Source: a bacterium (GTDB lineage: Bacteria; Patescibacteriota; Minisyncoccia; Phycocordibacterales; Zambryskibacteraceae). From it: a stretch of DNA of 64,000 nt. Each line of letters opens with the position of its first letter. Position 1 is the first letter of the stretch. The translations under genes were made by a program, and so were the position numbers. The stretch covers positions 128,001 through 192,000 of the forward strand of contig JAUSGI010000008.1 of assembly GCA_030649135.1 (NCBI GenBank), in the 5' to 3' direction. The notes below the pieces were generated by a model. It was given only the letters and a program-made list of their open reading frames with translations. It had not been told where the DNA came from and ran no database searches. Shown piece by piece: positions 19,292 to 28,293 of the stretch.

Positions 19292-20800
19292 ATGGCTAAA
19301 CTAGAACCCAAAAAAGATAAAGACTCTCGCCCACCGGTGGTGGCCATTTTGGGGCACATCGACCACGGCAAGTCGACTCTTATTGACTACATCAGAAAAA
19401 CTAACGTGACAGGCTCGGAAGCGGGAGGCATCACTCAACACACAAGTGCTTATGAGGTTACCCACACTTCAAAAGACGGCCGAAGCAGGCGTATTACTTT
19501 TCTTGACACTCCCGGACACGAAGCTTTCTCGAGCATTCGCACCCGTTGCGCCAATGTAGCCGACATCGCTGCGCTCATCGTAAGCGCGGAAGACGGAGTT
19601 AAACCCCAAACTCTGGAAGTGTTCAAACATATCAAGGAGTGCGCCTTGCCTTACATGGTGGTTATTACCAAGATTGATAAGCCTTCAGCCAATGTCTTGC
19701 GCACCAAACAAAATCTGGCGGAAAACGAAATTTATGTTGAAGGCTATGGTGGCGACACACCGGTAGTGGAACTGTCTGCGACAACAGGTCAAGGGGTGGA
19801 CGAATTCTTGGACATGATTGGTTTGATGACAGAACTCGAAGAAAAAACGGCCGACCGAGACGCGCTCGGCTCCGGGGTGATTATCGAGAGCCGGTGCGAC
19901 GCCAAAAGAGGCATTACCGCGGTGGGTATTATCAAGGATGGCACGGTGCGCCCGGGTCTATTTGCCGCTACTTTAGGAACCATTGCCCCGATACGCTTCC
20001 TCCTCGATGCGGAAGAAAATGCGGTGGATGAACTCTCCTTCTCAAGTCCGGTACAAATTGTTGGTTGGGACAAAATGCCAACCATCGGAGAAGAGTTCAA
20101 AACATTTCTAAAGAAAGAAGACGCACTCGCCTATGCCGAAAAAAGAAAAAGTGAATCGGTTGAAAGCAAATCGGAACCAAAAGTGATGGAGGGCATGTCT
20201 ATCTTGCCTCTAATCATCAAGGCGGATACTGCCGGAAGTCTCGAAGTTATCAAGAGCGAACTTGGCAAACTCACCCGAGAAAGAATAACACCGAAAGTCG
20301 TTCTATCAAGCGTGGGAAGTGTGAACGAAAATGACGTCAAATCGGCGCTGGCCACAGCCGGTGCCGTGATTATCGGCTTCAATGCCAAAGTAGATTCGCA
20401 GGCTATGGCTCTGGCGGAACGTTCCGGTATTACAATACTCGGCTTCAACATTATTTATGAATTGACAGATAAAGTGAAGGAACTACTTACTGAAAAAGAA
20501 CCGAGAATAGAAGTGGAAGAAATAATGGGTACCGTCAAAGTGTTAAAATTGTTCGGTATCACCAAAGGTAAGCAGGTTATCGGCGGGCGAGTGCTCTCTG
20601 GTCAACTTAAACGCGGTGCCATTGTGAAAATCATCAGGCGTGAAGCGGAAATAGGTACCGGCAGGGTGAAGGAGCTCCAACAGTCTAAGATTACGACCGA
20701 TACCGTGAGCGAAGGCACTGAATTCGGCGCCATGATTGAATCCAAGATAGAAGTGGCACCCGGCGACGTACTTAATGCGGTAGTTATGGTTACCAAATGA
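19292..20800 (+). CDS. infB: translation initiation factor IF-2 (short form lacking the long N-terminal region)
   Basis: G domain [17 protein letters not shown] and beta-barrel domains. 502 aa. Confidence 0.9.
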   Translation: MAKLEPKKDKDSRPPVVAILGHIDHGKSTLIDYIRKTNVTGSEAGGITQHTSAYEVTHTSKDGRSRRITFLDTPGHEAFSSIRTRCANVADIAALIVSAEDGVKPQTLEVFKHIKECALPYMVVITKIDKPSANVLRTKQNLAENEIYVEGYGGDTPVVELSATTGQGVDEFLDMIGLMTELEEKTADRDALGSGVIIESRCDAKRGITAVGIIKDGTVRPGLFAATLGTIAPIRFLLDAEENAVDELSFSSPVQIVGWDKMPTIGEEFKTFLKKEDALAYAEKRKSESVESKSEPKVMEGMSILPLIIKADTAGSLEVIKSELGKLTRERITPKVVLSSVGSVNENDVKSALATAGAVIIGFNAKVDSQAMALAERSGITILGFNIIYELTDKVKELLTEKEPRIEVEEIMGTVKVLKLFGITKGKQVIGGRVLSGQLKRGAIVKIIRREAEIGTGRVKELQQSKITTDTVSEGTEFGAMIESKIEVAPGDVLNAVVMVTK

Positions 20801-21117
20801 GAGAAATCAAAAAGGAAAAGATAGGAGCAATGATTCACCGTCTGGCGGCGGAATTTGTGCGAGACGAAGCAAGTGGCGCATCGCTTCTGACTATTACCCG
20901 CGTTGAGCTTTCCCCAACCGGCAAAGAAGCAAAAATATTTTTTACCACCCTTCCCGAAAGCGAGGAGGATACGGCTTTGAAATTTTTAATAAGAAAAACT
21001 CCGGAGTTTAAAAGATACGTGAGAGACGAATCCCGCATTGGTTTAATACCCCATATCGATTTCAAAATAGACTACGGCGAACGCAACCGCCAGAGACTGG
21101 ACGAGTTAAGTAAGTAG
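20797..21117 (+). CDS. rbfA: ribosome-binding factor A
   Basis: RbfA KH-like fold. The start overlaps the infB stop by 4 nt. Confidence 0.85.
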   Translation: MREIKKEKIGAMIHRLAAEFVRDEASGASLLTITRVELSPTGKEAKIFFTTLPESEEDTALKFLIRKTPEFKRYVRDESRIGLIPHIDFKIDYGERNRQRLDELSK

Positions 21118-22008
21118 ATATTTCAACAGAGCCATTCTGATTGTCACTCCATATTTGGCTTGTTTGAAGTAAACTGCCTTGGGAGACTTATCAACCTCAA
21201 GGAGAATCTCGTCTACTCTTGGCAGTGGGTGCATAATAATCGACTTGGCTTTCATTCGAGCCACTAATTCAGCATCTATTCGGTAACACCCTTTGAATTT
21301 TTTATAATCCTTTTCACTCTTAAATCGCTCCTTTTGAATCCGCGTCTGGTACAGAACATCAACTTTGGGGATAATTGATTCCCAATCTTCAATTTCTTGA
21401 TATGGAATACCGTGTTTATTTAAATAAGCTTTAATATCTTCTCCCACTCGAAGAGCTTTGGGCGATACGAAAAATATTGTGATATTTTGGAACTTTCCCA
21501 ATAGATACGCCAGCGAGCGAATAGTCCGGCCATGCTTTAGGTCTCCGACCATGGCTATGCTAATGCCGTCAATTCTGCCGAGCTCTTTTTTAATCGTGTA
21601 AAGGTCCAGAAGTGCCTGCGTTGGATGTTGTCCAGTCCCATCACCCGCGTTAATTATAGGAACACGGGAAACTCGGGCGGCGCGTTCCGAAGCTCCATTT
21701 TCGTAATGACGAAGCACTATAACATCAGCATAATTACTGATGACTCTGACGGAGTCCTCGAGAGTCTCACCTTTCACGGCCGAAGAAAATTTATCGGCGT
21801 TGTCGGTGGTAATGACGCTGCCGCCCAGTCGCAACATGGCTGATTCAAAAGAAAACCGAGTTCTGGTACTTGGTTCGTAAAAGAGCGAGGCCATGATCTT
21901 GCCTCGTAAGGAATTCTCGGTTTTCTTTTCTAACCCATCCGCAATCGAGAAAATTTTATTAATGAACCTTTTATCAAACTGTTGAGATTTGACGATATGA
22001 TTCATCAA
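21106..22008 (-). CDS. pyrB: aspartate carbamoyltransferase catalytic subunit
   Basis: STRTR, HPTQ and HPLP motifs. 300 aa. Confidence 0.85.
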   Translation of the reverse strand: MMNHIVKSQQFDKRFINKIFSIADGLEKKTENSLRGKIMASLFYEPSTRTRFSFESAMLRLGGSVITTDNADKFSSAVKGETLEDSVRVISNYADVIVLRHYENGASERAARVSRVPIINAGDGTGQHPTQALLDLYTIKKELGRIDGISIAMVGDLKHGRTIRSLAYLLGKFQNITIFFVSPKALRVGEDIKAYLNKHGIPYQEIEDWESIIPKVDVLYQTRIQKERFKSEKDYKKFKGCYRIDAELVARMKAKSIIMHPLPRVDEILLEVDKSPKAVYFKQAKYGVTIRMALLKYLLT

Positions 22009-22041
22009 TAGGCTATTATAACCTACCCATAGTTAATATAG

Positions 22042-22112
22042 TGCGAGATGCGAGAATCGAACTCGCGCCCGATGCTTGGGAAGCACCAGTTCTGCCACTA
22101 AACTAATCTCGC
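22042..22112 (-). tRNA. tRNA-Gly (anticodon CCC)
   Basis: Hand-folded. Acceptor GCGAGAT/ATCTCGC, anticodon loop TTCCCAA and T-arm GCGAG-TTCGATT-CTCGC. Confidence 0.8.
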
Positions 22113-22113
22113 A

Positions 22114-22200
22114 TGGTGCCCGGGGTGGGCATCGAACCCACACGACCTTGCGGTCACGAAATTTTAAGTCTCGCGCGTATACCAATTCCGCCACCCGGGC
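22114..22200 (-). tRNA. tRNA-Leu (anticodon TAA), long variable arm, CCA encoded
   Basis: Hand-folded. Acceptor GCCCGGG/CCCGGGC, anticodon loop CTTAAAA, variable arm TGACCGCAAGGTCGTG and T-arm GTGGG-TTCGATG-CCCAC. Confidence 0.85.
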
Positions 22201-22275
22201 TGGAGGCGTAGGCGGGAATCGAACCCGCGCATATCGGTTTTGCAGACCGCCGCGTTTCCACTTCGCCACTACGCC
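22201..22275 (-). tRNA. tRNA-Cys (anticodon GCA)
   Basis: Hand-folded. Acceptor GGCGTAG/CTACGCC, anticodon stem CGGT/ACCG, anticodon loop CTGCAAA and T-arm GCGGG-TTCGATT-CCCGC. The 3' end abuts the tRNA-Leu 5' end with no spacer. Confidence 0.75.
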
Positions 22276-22392
22276 ATTGTCCAGCTAACTAACTTTTATA
22301 CATTATCATAATTGATAAATCATTGCTTTTTTGAAATACTGTACTCTTATACCCCGCTTCACCCCGCCATGGCGGGGCGAGACGGGGCAAGC

Positions 22393-22465
22393 GCGCCTAT
22401 AGCTCAGCTGGTAGAGCAGATCCCTCTTAAGGATAAGGTCGCAGGTTCGATCCCTGCTGGGCGCA
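22393..22465 (+). tRNA. tRNA-Lys (anticodon CTT)
   Basis: Hand-folded. Acceptor GCGCCTA/TGGGCGC, D-arm GCTC-AGCTGGTA-GAGC, anticodon loop CTCTTAA and T-arm GCAGG-TTCGATC-CCTGC. Confidence 0.8.
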
Positions 22466-22467
22466 CT

Positions 22468-22548
22468 GGGCGGGTGGTGAAATGGTAGACACGCCAGTTT
22501 TAGGAACTGGTGCCGCAAGGCATGGAGGTTCAAGTCCTCTCCCGCCCA
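22468..22548 (+). tRNA. tRNA-Leu (anticodon TAG), long variable arm
   Basis: Hand-folded. Acceptor GGGCGGG/CCCGCCC, anticodon stem CCAGT/ACTGG, anticodon loop TTTAGGA, variable arm TGCCGCAAGGCATG and T-arm GGAGG-TTCAAGT-CCTCT. Confidence 0.85.
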
Positions 22549-22616
22549 CAACAACATCTTTCCTTTTCTTCGATTTTTTGCTAAAATCAGCGATATAGTT
22601 AATCTAACAAAATAAT

Positions 22617-23555
22617 ATGAATCACCAAAAAGGGTTTATCAATATAGTGTATACGGTAGTAGTAGTTGCTCTGCTTATTGGAGCGGGAGCATACCTTACC
22701 ATCCGACAAATCAATAAACCGTATATTTCCCCTACCGCCACCACTACTCCTCCAGGCGCCACCACTACTCCTCCTACTCCACCGCCACCACCCGCACCAG
22801 GAGTTTGTACTGCCGATGTCAAACAATGTCCTAACGGCACTTACGTAAGCCGAAGTGGTCCTAATTGCACCTTCGCCGCTTGTCCATCTTCTTTGCCACA
22901 ACCACAATTCCAGCTCATCTCTATGCGTGAAGGAGAACGGGAAAGTTCGTTCCTGCTGGAAAGAATTTATACAGACCGCGTGACTGGTCTTAATTTCGGA
23001 GAATATCCGGTAGCGATGGAACAGGGCAATCCAGTCACTTTGCGTCTCGGTGAAGTCGTAAGCAACGGTTGTACTGTCACACTCACGCTTACCAAAATTG
23101 AAGGAAATGTCGCTACGTTTAGCAAGAAAACAGATTCCAGTCAGATTTGCCCGATTTGTCTTGCTCGCAATACGTTAATCGATACTCCTTCTGGTACAAT
23201 TCCCGTACAAGATTTGGAAAAAGGCATGGCTATTTGGACTCTAAACCGATTAGGCGAGCGTATCTCCGCTATTGTCGTAGAAACTACGAGAACTCCTGTA
23301 CCCCCGACCCATCAAGTGATTCATCTTGTTCTTAATGATGGCCGAGAAGTATTCGTATCCGGAGGACACCCAGTTACCAATGGGCAAAAAGTACAAGACC
23401 TCTTGGTCGGTGAAGTTTATGACGGCTCTTATGTATCGAGTGTAGAATCTATCCCCTACCGCGAGCAGGCTACATATGATGTCTTACCATCAGGCGAGAC
23501 CGGGTTCTATTGGGCTAACGGCATCTTACTTGACAGCACACTGAATCATAAGTGA
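22617..23555 (+). CDS. membrane-anchored Thr/Pro-rich, Cys-rich protein with a C-terminal Hint (bacterial intein-like) domain
   Basis: N-terminal TM helix, a TTTPPGATTTPPTPPPPP linker and a Cys-rich module. Hint blocks are present: CLARNTLIDTPSGTIPVQDL, SGGHPVTNG and TYDVLPSGETGFYWANGILLDS. Confidence 0.7.
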   Translation: MNHQKGFINIVYTVVVVALLIGAGAYLTIRQINKPYISPTATTTPPGATTTPPTPPPPPAPGVCTADVKQCPNGTYVSRSGPNCTFAACPSSLPQPQFQLISMREGERESSFLLERIYTDRVTGLNFGEYPVAMEQGNPVTLRLGEVVSNGCTVTLTLTKIEGNVATFSKKTDSSQICPICLARNTLIDTPSGTIPVQDLEKGMAIWTLNRLGERISAIVVETTRTPVPPTHQVIHLVLNDGREVFVSGGHPVTNGQKVQDLLVGEVYDGSYVSSVESIPYREQATYDVLPSGETGFYWANGILLDSTLNHK

Positions 23556-25474
23556 AGCAAGAAGAAAATAATATACTTGAAGGGATTGTACGCGTCACAG
23601 GTTCGGGTGTCGGCTATTTCCCTGTGCCAAATGCCGAAAATGACTTGGAAATCCAGCCGGAGAATCTAAGCGGCGCTCTGAATAGAGACAGGGTCAAAGT
23701 CGAGTCACTTCACACGGAAATCCTTGGCAGAATGCAGGCCAAAGTGGTGGATATCATAGAGCGCCATAAAACAGCCTTTGTGGGCACTCTGGAGAAGGCC
23801 GACGAGGGATTTTTCCTCGTGCCGGACGACAAGCGTATGTATCGGGATATTTTCGTACCAGAAGATAAAGTGCTGAAGGCCAAAGAGGGGGACAAAGTCC
23901 AAGTCAGATTGACCTTGTGGCCCGATACATCAAAGAGTCCGAAGGGAGAAGTGATTCGGGTGATAGGCCGAGCCGGTGAACACAATGCCGAAATGCTCGG
24001 TATTGTTTATGAGAGCGGGTTTGAAGTTGACTTCCCTGCCGAAGTGGAGCAAGAAGCCCAAGCATGGAAAGAAAAATACAAACAAGAAGATATGCTCAAA
24101 GACCGTAAGGACTTCCGGGAAACCACTACCTTTACCATTGACCCCGCAGATGCCAAGGACTTCGACGATGCTCTATCTTTTAAAATACTGCCAAACGGTG
24201 GCTGCGAGATTGGTATTCACATTGCGGATGTTTCTCATTTCGTAGTGGAAAAGACCGAACTCGATCGCGAGGCGCGCAACCGAGGCACTTCCATTTATCT
24301 CGTAGACCGTACTATCCCAATGCTTCCGGAAATACTTTCCAATGACCTCTGCTCCCTTAATGCCAATGAACCCAAATATGCTTTCTCGGCCGTCTTTGTG
24401 ATAGATAAAGAAGCCAAAGTCAAAGAACGCTGGTTCGGTAAAACACTCATCAAATCCGATAAGCGCTTCACCTACGAAGAAGCCCAAGAAATTATGGACC
24501 AGGATAAGGGAATATTTGCCGAAGAGCTTAAAACTTTGAATGCGCTCGCCAAAAAACTTCGTGAAGAGAGATTTAGAAATGGCGCCATTGATTTTGAAAC
24601 CGATGAAGTGAAGTTTGAACTTGACGATTTGGGCAAACCCATCCGAGTGTACAAGAAGGCGCGTAAAGATACCCAAAAACTCATAGAAGAATTCATGCTG
24701 TTGGCTAATCGCGAGGTAGCCACCCATATGCATACCGCTAATGATAAGAACAGCCGTGCCGCCTTCGTCTACCGCATTCACGATGCGCCGGACAGAGAAA
24801 AAATTGTGAACCTTGCCACTTTTGTCAAAGCTCTTGGCTTCGAGCTCAAGAATAAAGATGGAGAAACTACCGGTAGCGACATCGCCCGGATGTTAAGTTC
24901 GGTGGGTGGCACTCCCGCGGAAATGCTTATAAAAACTGCCGCTATCAGGTCAATGTCGAAAGCCATATATTCCACTTCCAACATCGGCCATTTTGGACTC
25001 GCTTTCGAATACTACACTCACTTCACCTCGCCTATCCGCCGTTACCCCGACTTAATGGTTCACCGCCTGCTCCTACGCTTCTTATTGAATGGTAAAATCG
25101 AGCAAGACGAAATTATCAAATATCAAAGACTCTGTGATGACTCAAGCGAGCGCGAGCTCGAGGCGGCAGAAGCGGAACGAGCTTCTATCAAATACAAACA
25201 GGTTGAATATATGCAGGAACATATCGGTGAAGAGTTTGACGCTATAGTCTCCGGCGTTTCGGAATGGGGCATTTATGTCGAAGAGATTAATACCAAGGCG
25301 GAAGGTATGGTCAAACTACGCGACATGAAAGATGATTTCTATGAGCTGAATGAGAAACTTTATGCCATCGTGGGCAAAAAAACCGGCAAGAAATATTCCC
25401 TAGGCGATAAAATCCGAGTCAAACTCGTCGCCTCCGACCCAGAAAGAAAGACTTTAGACTTCCAGTTTGTTTAA
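23552..25474 (+). CDS. rnr: ribonuclease R (RNB family 3'-5' exoribonuclease with C-terminal S1 domain)
   Basis: RNB signature HFGLAFEYYTHFTSPIRRYPDLMVHR, cold-shock-like N-terminal domains and a C-terminal S1 domain. Confidence 0.9.
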   Translation: MKQEENNILEGIVRVTGSGVGYFPVPNAENDLEIQPENLSGALNRDRVKVESLHTEILGRMQAKVVDIIERHKTAFVGTLEKADEGFFLVPDDKRMYRDIFVPEDKVLKAKEGDKVQVRLTLWPDTSKSPKGEVIRVIGRAGEHNAEMLGIVYESGFEVDFPAEVEQEAQAWKEKYKQEDMLKDRKDFRETTTFTIDPADAKDFDDALSFKILPNGGCEIGIHIADVSHFVVEKTELDREARNRGTSIYLVDRTIPMLPEILSNDLCSLNANEPKYAFSAVFVIDKEAKVKERWFGKTLIKSDKRFTYEEAQEIMDQDKGIFAEELKTLNALAKKLREERFRNGAIDFETDEVKFELDDLGKPIRVYKKARKDTQKLIEEFMLLANREVATHMHTANDKNSRAAFVYRIHDAPDREKIVNLATFVKALGFELKNKDGETTGSDIARMLSSVGGTPAEMLIKTAAIRSMSKAIYSTSNIGHFGLAFEYYTHFTSPIRRYPDLMVHRLLLRFLLNGKIEQDEIIKYQRLCDDSSERELEAAEAERASIKYKQVEYMQEHIGEEFDAIVSGVSEWGIYVEEINTKAEGMVKLRDMKDDFYELNEKLYAIVGKKTGKKYSLGDKIRVKLVASDPERKTLDFQFV

Positions 25475-25477
25475 ATA

Positions 25478-27598
25478 CTATTTCGCAACCTCGACGGCTT
25501 CGCCAAACGAGATGGAAAGCAGTTTGGAAATGCCGTTTGAGCCCATGGTCACGCCGTAAATCACTCCGGCGCGGCTCATAGTCTCGCGGTTGTGGGTTAT
25601 TAAAATAAGTTGGGAATGCTTTGAGAGTATCGCGACCAAATCTCCATATTTTTTAGAATTAGATTCATCAAGTGCTGCGTCCGTCTCATCAAGAATAATA
25701 AATGGCGGCGGGTTAACTTGAGAAATCGCAAAAATAAGAGCGATAGAAGTAAGCGCCCGCTCCCCGCCGGAGAGCATCATGAGACCCCGAATTTTTTTCT
25801 TAGGCAGACTGACCTTGATATCCAAACCCCCCTCCCTTGCCACGCCGGAGCCTTCGGCGGAGGCGGGTTCTAATAGATCTTCATCATTTGTTGGAGCTAA
25901 TTTATTTTCTTTAACTAAAACCAAACTAGCCTCTCCCCCACCAAACATAGAAACAAAGAGCTTGCCAAATTCTTTATTAATACTCTCAAGGCCAGAGCTA
26001 AATTCAACCGCCAAGCGCGTCTCCAACTCCTTTATGAGCTCGGCAAGAGTATCGGCTGACTTCTCGAGGTCAAGCAACTCGCGGGCCAAGAAAGCGTCAC
26101 GCTCAGAGGTATCTTTATACTCTTTATGCATTTCTTCCATGCCGGAAATATTTGAATCTTCAAGCCGGATTTTAAGCTTCTCGATAACACGTTTACGTTC
26201 TTCTTGTCTTTGCCTGTCTTCTTCTACCACCAACTTCTCCGTTCCGGTATTTATATCCTTGAAACGAATAGCCTCGGTCCCCACCAGATGCCCCACCTCT
26301 TCAAGTTCGCGGGCAAACTCCTCCGCCTCCAAATTGAGTCTGTCCTCACGCGCTTTCAAGGAATTCAATTTTGAAACCAATTCATTCTCCTCCGACATGA
26401 TGCGGAAAACCGCTTTCTCCGCATTAGAAATTTCTTGCTCTTTTTCTTTCGCGGTCGTGAGAGATTTTTCCAGTTCCGCTTGGCGTTTTTTCAATTCATC
26501 TATCTTCGATTGTGCTTCCGCTACCAACCTTGAGTCTGTGCTATGTTTCCTGTCCTTAATAAACCCCTTAAGCTTGCCGAGAATTTCCGCAATACTGGAG
26601 AGCAGGCTGACCTCTTGATATAAATGCTCCACATCCTTAAGCCGTACAGTCTTAAATTCATCAGAGGCTGAAAGTTTTTTTTCATTTTCTATCACTCTTT
26701 CTTCAGCTATGACAAGCCCCTCGACCTTGCCGAGCTCTCTCGTCAAGTCATCCCTCTGCTTCCGAACCACACTTAATCCCGACTCAAATTCCAGTACCTT
26801 TTTCGCACTCTGTGATTCCTTGGAAAGTTTTTCCAGAGCTTCGTTTAAGGGTTTCCGCTCGGCCAGAAGCGATGCCCGGGAGAAAGCGATATGAATGTCT
26901 TCCCGTTTGAAGTATTCTCCGGCAAGCGAGATTAATTCCTCACGCATACCTTCCGCCCTCTTGAACTTCTCGACTTCCCTGCCGAGAAATTTCAGATGCG
27001 GGGCGATTTCCTTGCGTAAAGCCTGGGTCTGCGCAATATTTTCGAATGTTTTCTCAAGTTTGCGTTCACTCTCCAGACGTTTGTATTGATAGAGCTTGAG
27101 CCCCAGTGCATCTTCCACCATGCTCTTCCGGTCCTTGGGGCTGGCAGAGAGAATTTTATCGGCTTCGCCCTGGGAAATGATGTGATGGCCGGAAGCGCCA
27201 ATGTGAGCCCGCGCCAGAAGCTCGAGAATATCCTTGAGCCGTACCGTACTGCCATTGATTAAATACTCGTTTAAACCATCACGATGAACCGTTCGTTCGA
27301 TAGTCACCTCCGGAAAATCTATATCAAAAATCTTTTTTGTATTGTCAAAAACCACCTTGACAGATGCTCGGTTGGCGCGTGGCTCGGAAGTAGCACCGTT
27401 CCAAATCAAGTCCTCGCCCCGCTTGCCACGCATGCTCTTGATGGATTGCTCCCCGAGCACAAAGCGGAAGGCTTCGGCGACATTCGACTTGCCCGAGCCA
27501 TTGGGCCCGACAATGGCCGAAACGGGCGAATCAAATTCAAAAATATTCTTCTTGGCAAAAGACTTAAACCCCGAAAGTTCTATCGACTTCAAGTACAT
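25478..27598 (-). CDS. smc: SMC-family chromosome segregation ATPase, short form (706 aa) with no recognisable hinge domain
   Basis: N-terminal MYLKSIELSGFKSF...GPNGSGKSN, a C-terminal ABC signature LSGGERALTSIAL plus Walker B ILDETDAALD, and a coiled-coil middle. The start is trimmed to the Met matching the SMC N-terminus, 1 nt downstream of the rnc stop. Confidence 0.8.
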   Translation of the reverse strand: MYLKSIELSGFKSFAKKNIFEFDSPVSAIVGPNGSGKSNVAEAFRFVLGEQSIKSMRGKRGEDLIWNGATSEPRANRASVKVVFDNTKKIFDIDFPEVTIERTVHRDGLNEYLINGSTVRLKDILELLARAHIGASGHHIISQGEADKILSASPKDRKSMVEDALGLKLYQYKRLESERKLEKTFENIAQTQALRKEIAPHLKFLGREVEKFKRAEGMREELISLAGEYFKREDIHIAFSRASLLAERKPLNEALEKLSKESQSAKKVLEFESGLSVVRKQRDDLTRELGKVEGLVIAEERVIENEKKLSASDEFKTVRLKDVEHLYQEVSLLSSIAEILGKLKGFIKDRKHSTDSRLVAEAQSKIDELKKRQAELEKSLTTAKEKEQEISNAEKAVFRIMSEENELVSKLNSLKAREDRLNLEAEEFARELEEVGHLVGTEAIRFKDINTGTEKLVVEEDRQRQEERKRVIEKLKIRLEDSNISGMEEMHKEYKDTSERDAFLARELLDLEKSADTLAELIKELETRLAVEFSSGLESINKEFGKLFVSMFGGGEASLVLVKENKLAPTNDEDLLEPASAEGSGVAREGGLDIKVSLPKKKIRGLMMLSGGERALTSIALIFAISQVNPPPFIILDETDAALDESNSKKYGDLVAILSKHSQLILITHNRETMSRAGVIYGVTMGSNGISKLLSISFGEAVEVAK

Positions 27599-27599
27599 A

Positions 27600-28289
27600 C
27601 TACTTCCAGCCTTTAGACTCAAGCGCGGTCCGGGCGGCCTCTTGCTCCGCATCCTGTTTGGATTGGCCTTCTCCTTGACCATACAAATCGGCGCCCACGG
27701 AAACACTGACAACGAAACGTCTGTCATGGTCCGGACCGGATTCACGCACTGTTTTATACGTGGGGGTTAGCCCCGTATATTCTTGGGCTTTCTCTTGGAA
27801 AAGACTTTTGGCATCTATCCAAGCGCCATTTTTAAGAATCTCTTCTGTCAGTGGCGCCACGTGAGCCAGAATAAATTTTTTCGCAATCTCATAGCCTTGG
27901 TCAATATAAATGGCGCCGATGATGGCCTCCAGAGTGTTGGCAAGGATATATTGACGCGCTCGGCCGATGTCTTTCGTTTCCCCCTTAGAAAGAAGCAGAA
28001 AATCGTTGGCGCCCAGGGTTTGCGCCACGCGGCTACAAGTATCGGCATTGACCAAAGCCGAGCGTAGCGAGGTTAATTCTCCCTCGGTGGAATCTTTCAG
28101 ACGCCCATAGAGATAATCGGTGATAACCAATTCCAACACGGCATCACCCAGAAATTCCAAACGCTCGTTATGCTCCAGAGCGGAGCCCCGATTCTCGTTT
28201 ATGTACGAACGGTGAGTGAAGGCTTGCTTGAGCAAACCCTTGTCCTTAAATATCACTCCCGCTCTTTCTTCAAATTTCGAGAAATCCAT
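27600..28289 (-). CDS. rnc: ribonuclease III
   Basis: RNase III signature ERLEFLGDAVLEL and a C-terminal dsRBD. Confidence 0.92.
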   Translation of the reverse strand: MDFSKFEERAGVIFKDKGLLKQAFTHRSYINENRGSALEHNERLEFLGDAVLELVITDYLYGRLKDSTEGELTSLRSALVNADTCSRVAQTLGANDFLLLSKGETKDIGRARQYILANTLEAIIGAIYIDQGYEIAKKFILAHVAPLTEEILKNGAWIDAKSLFQEKAQEYTGLTPTYKTVRESGPDHDRRFVVSVSVGADLYGQGEGQSKQDAEQEAARTALESKGWK

Positions 28290-28293
28290 ATAA

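Noticed and set aside
22033-22288. Track ORFs 22033..22269(-), 22076..22288(+) and 22306..22557(-)
   Set aside because: They lie entirely over the five tRNA genes and their promoter region.
25779-26618. 279 aa plus-strand ORF inside smc
   Set aside because: It is antisense to the SMC coiled-coil, Ser-rich and low-complexity.
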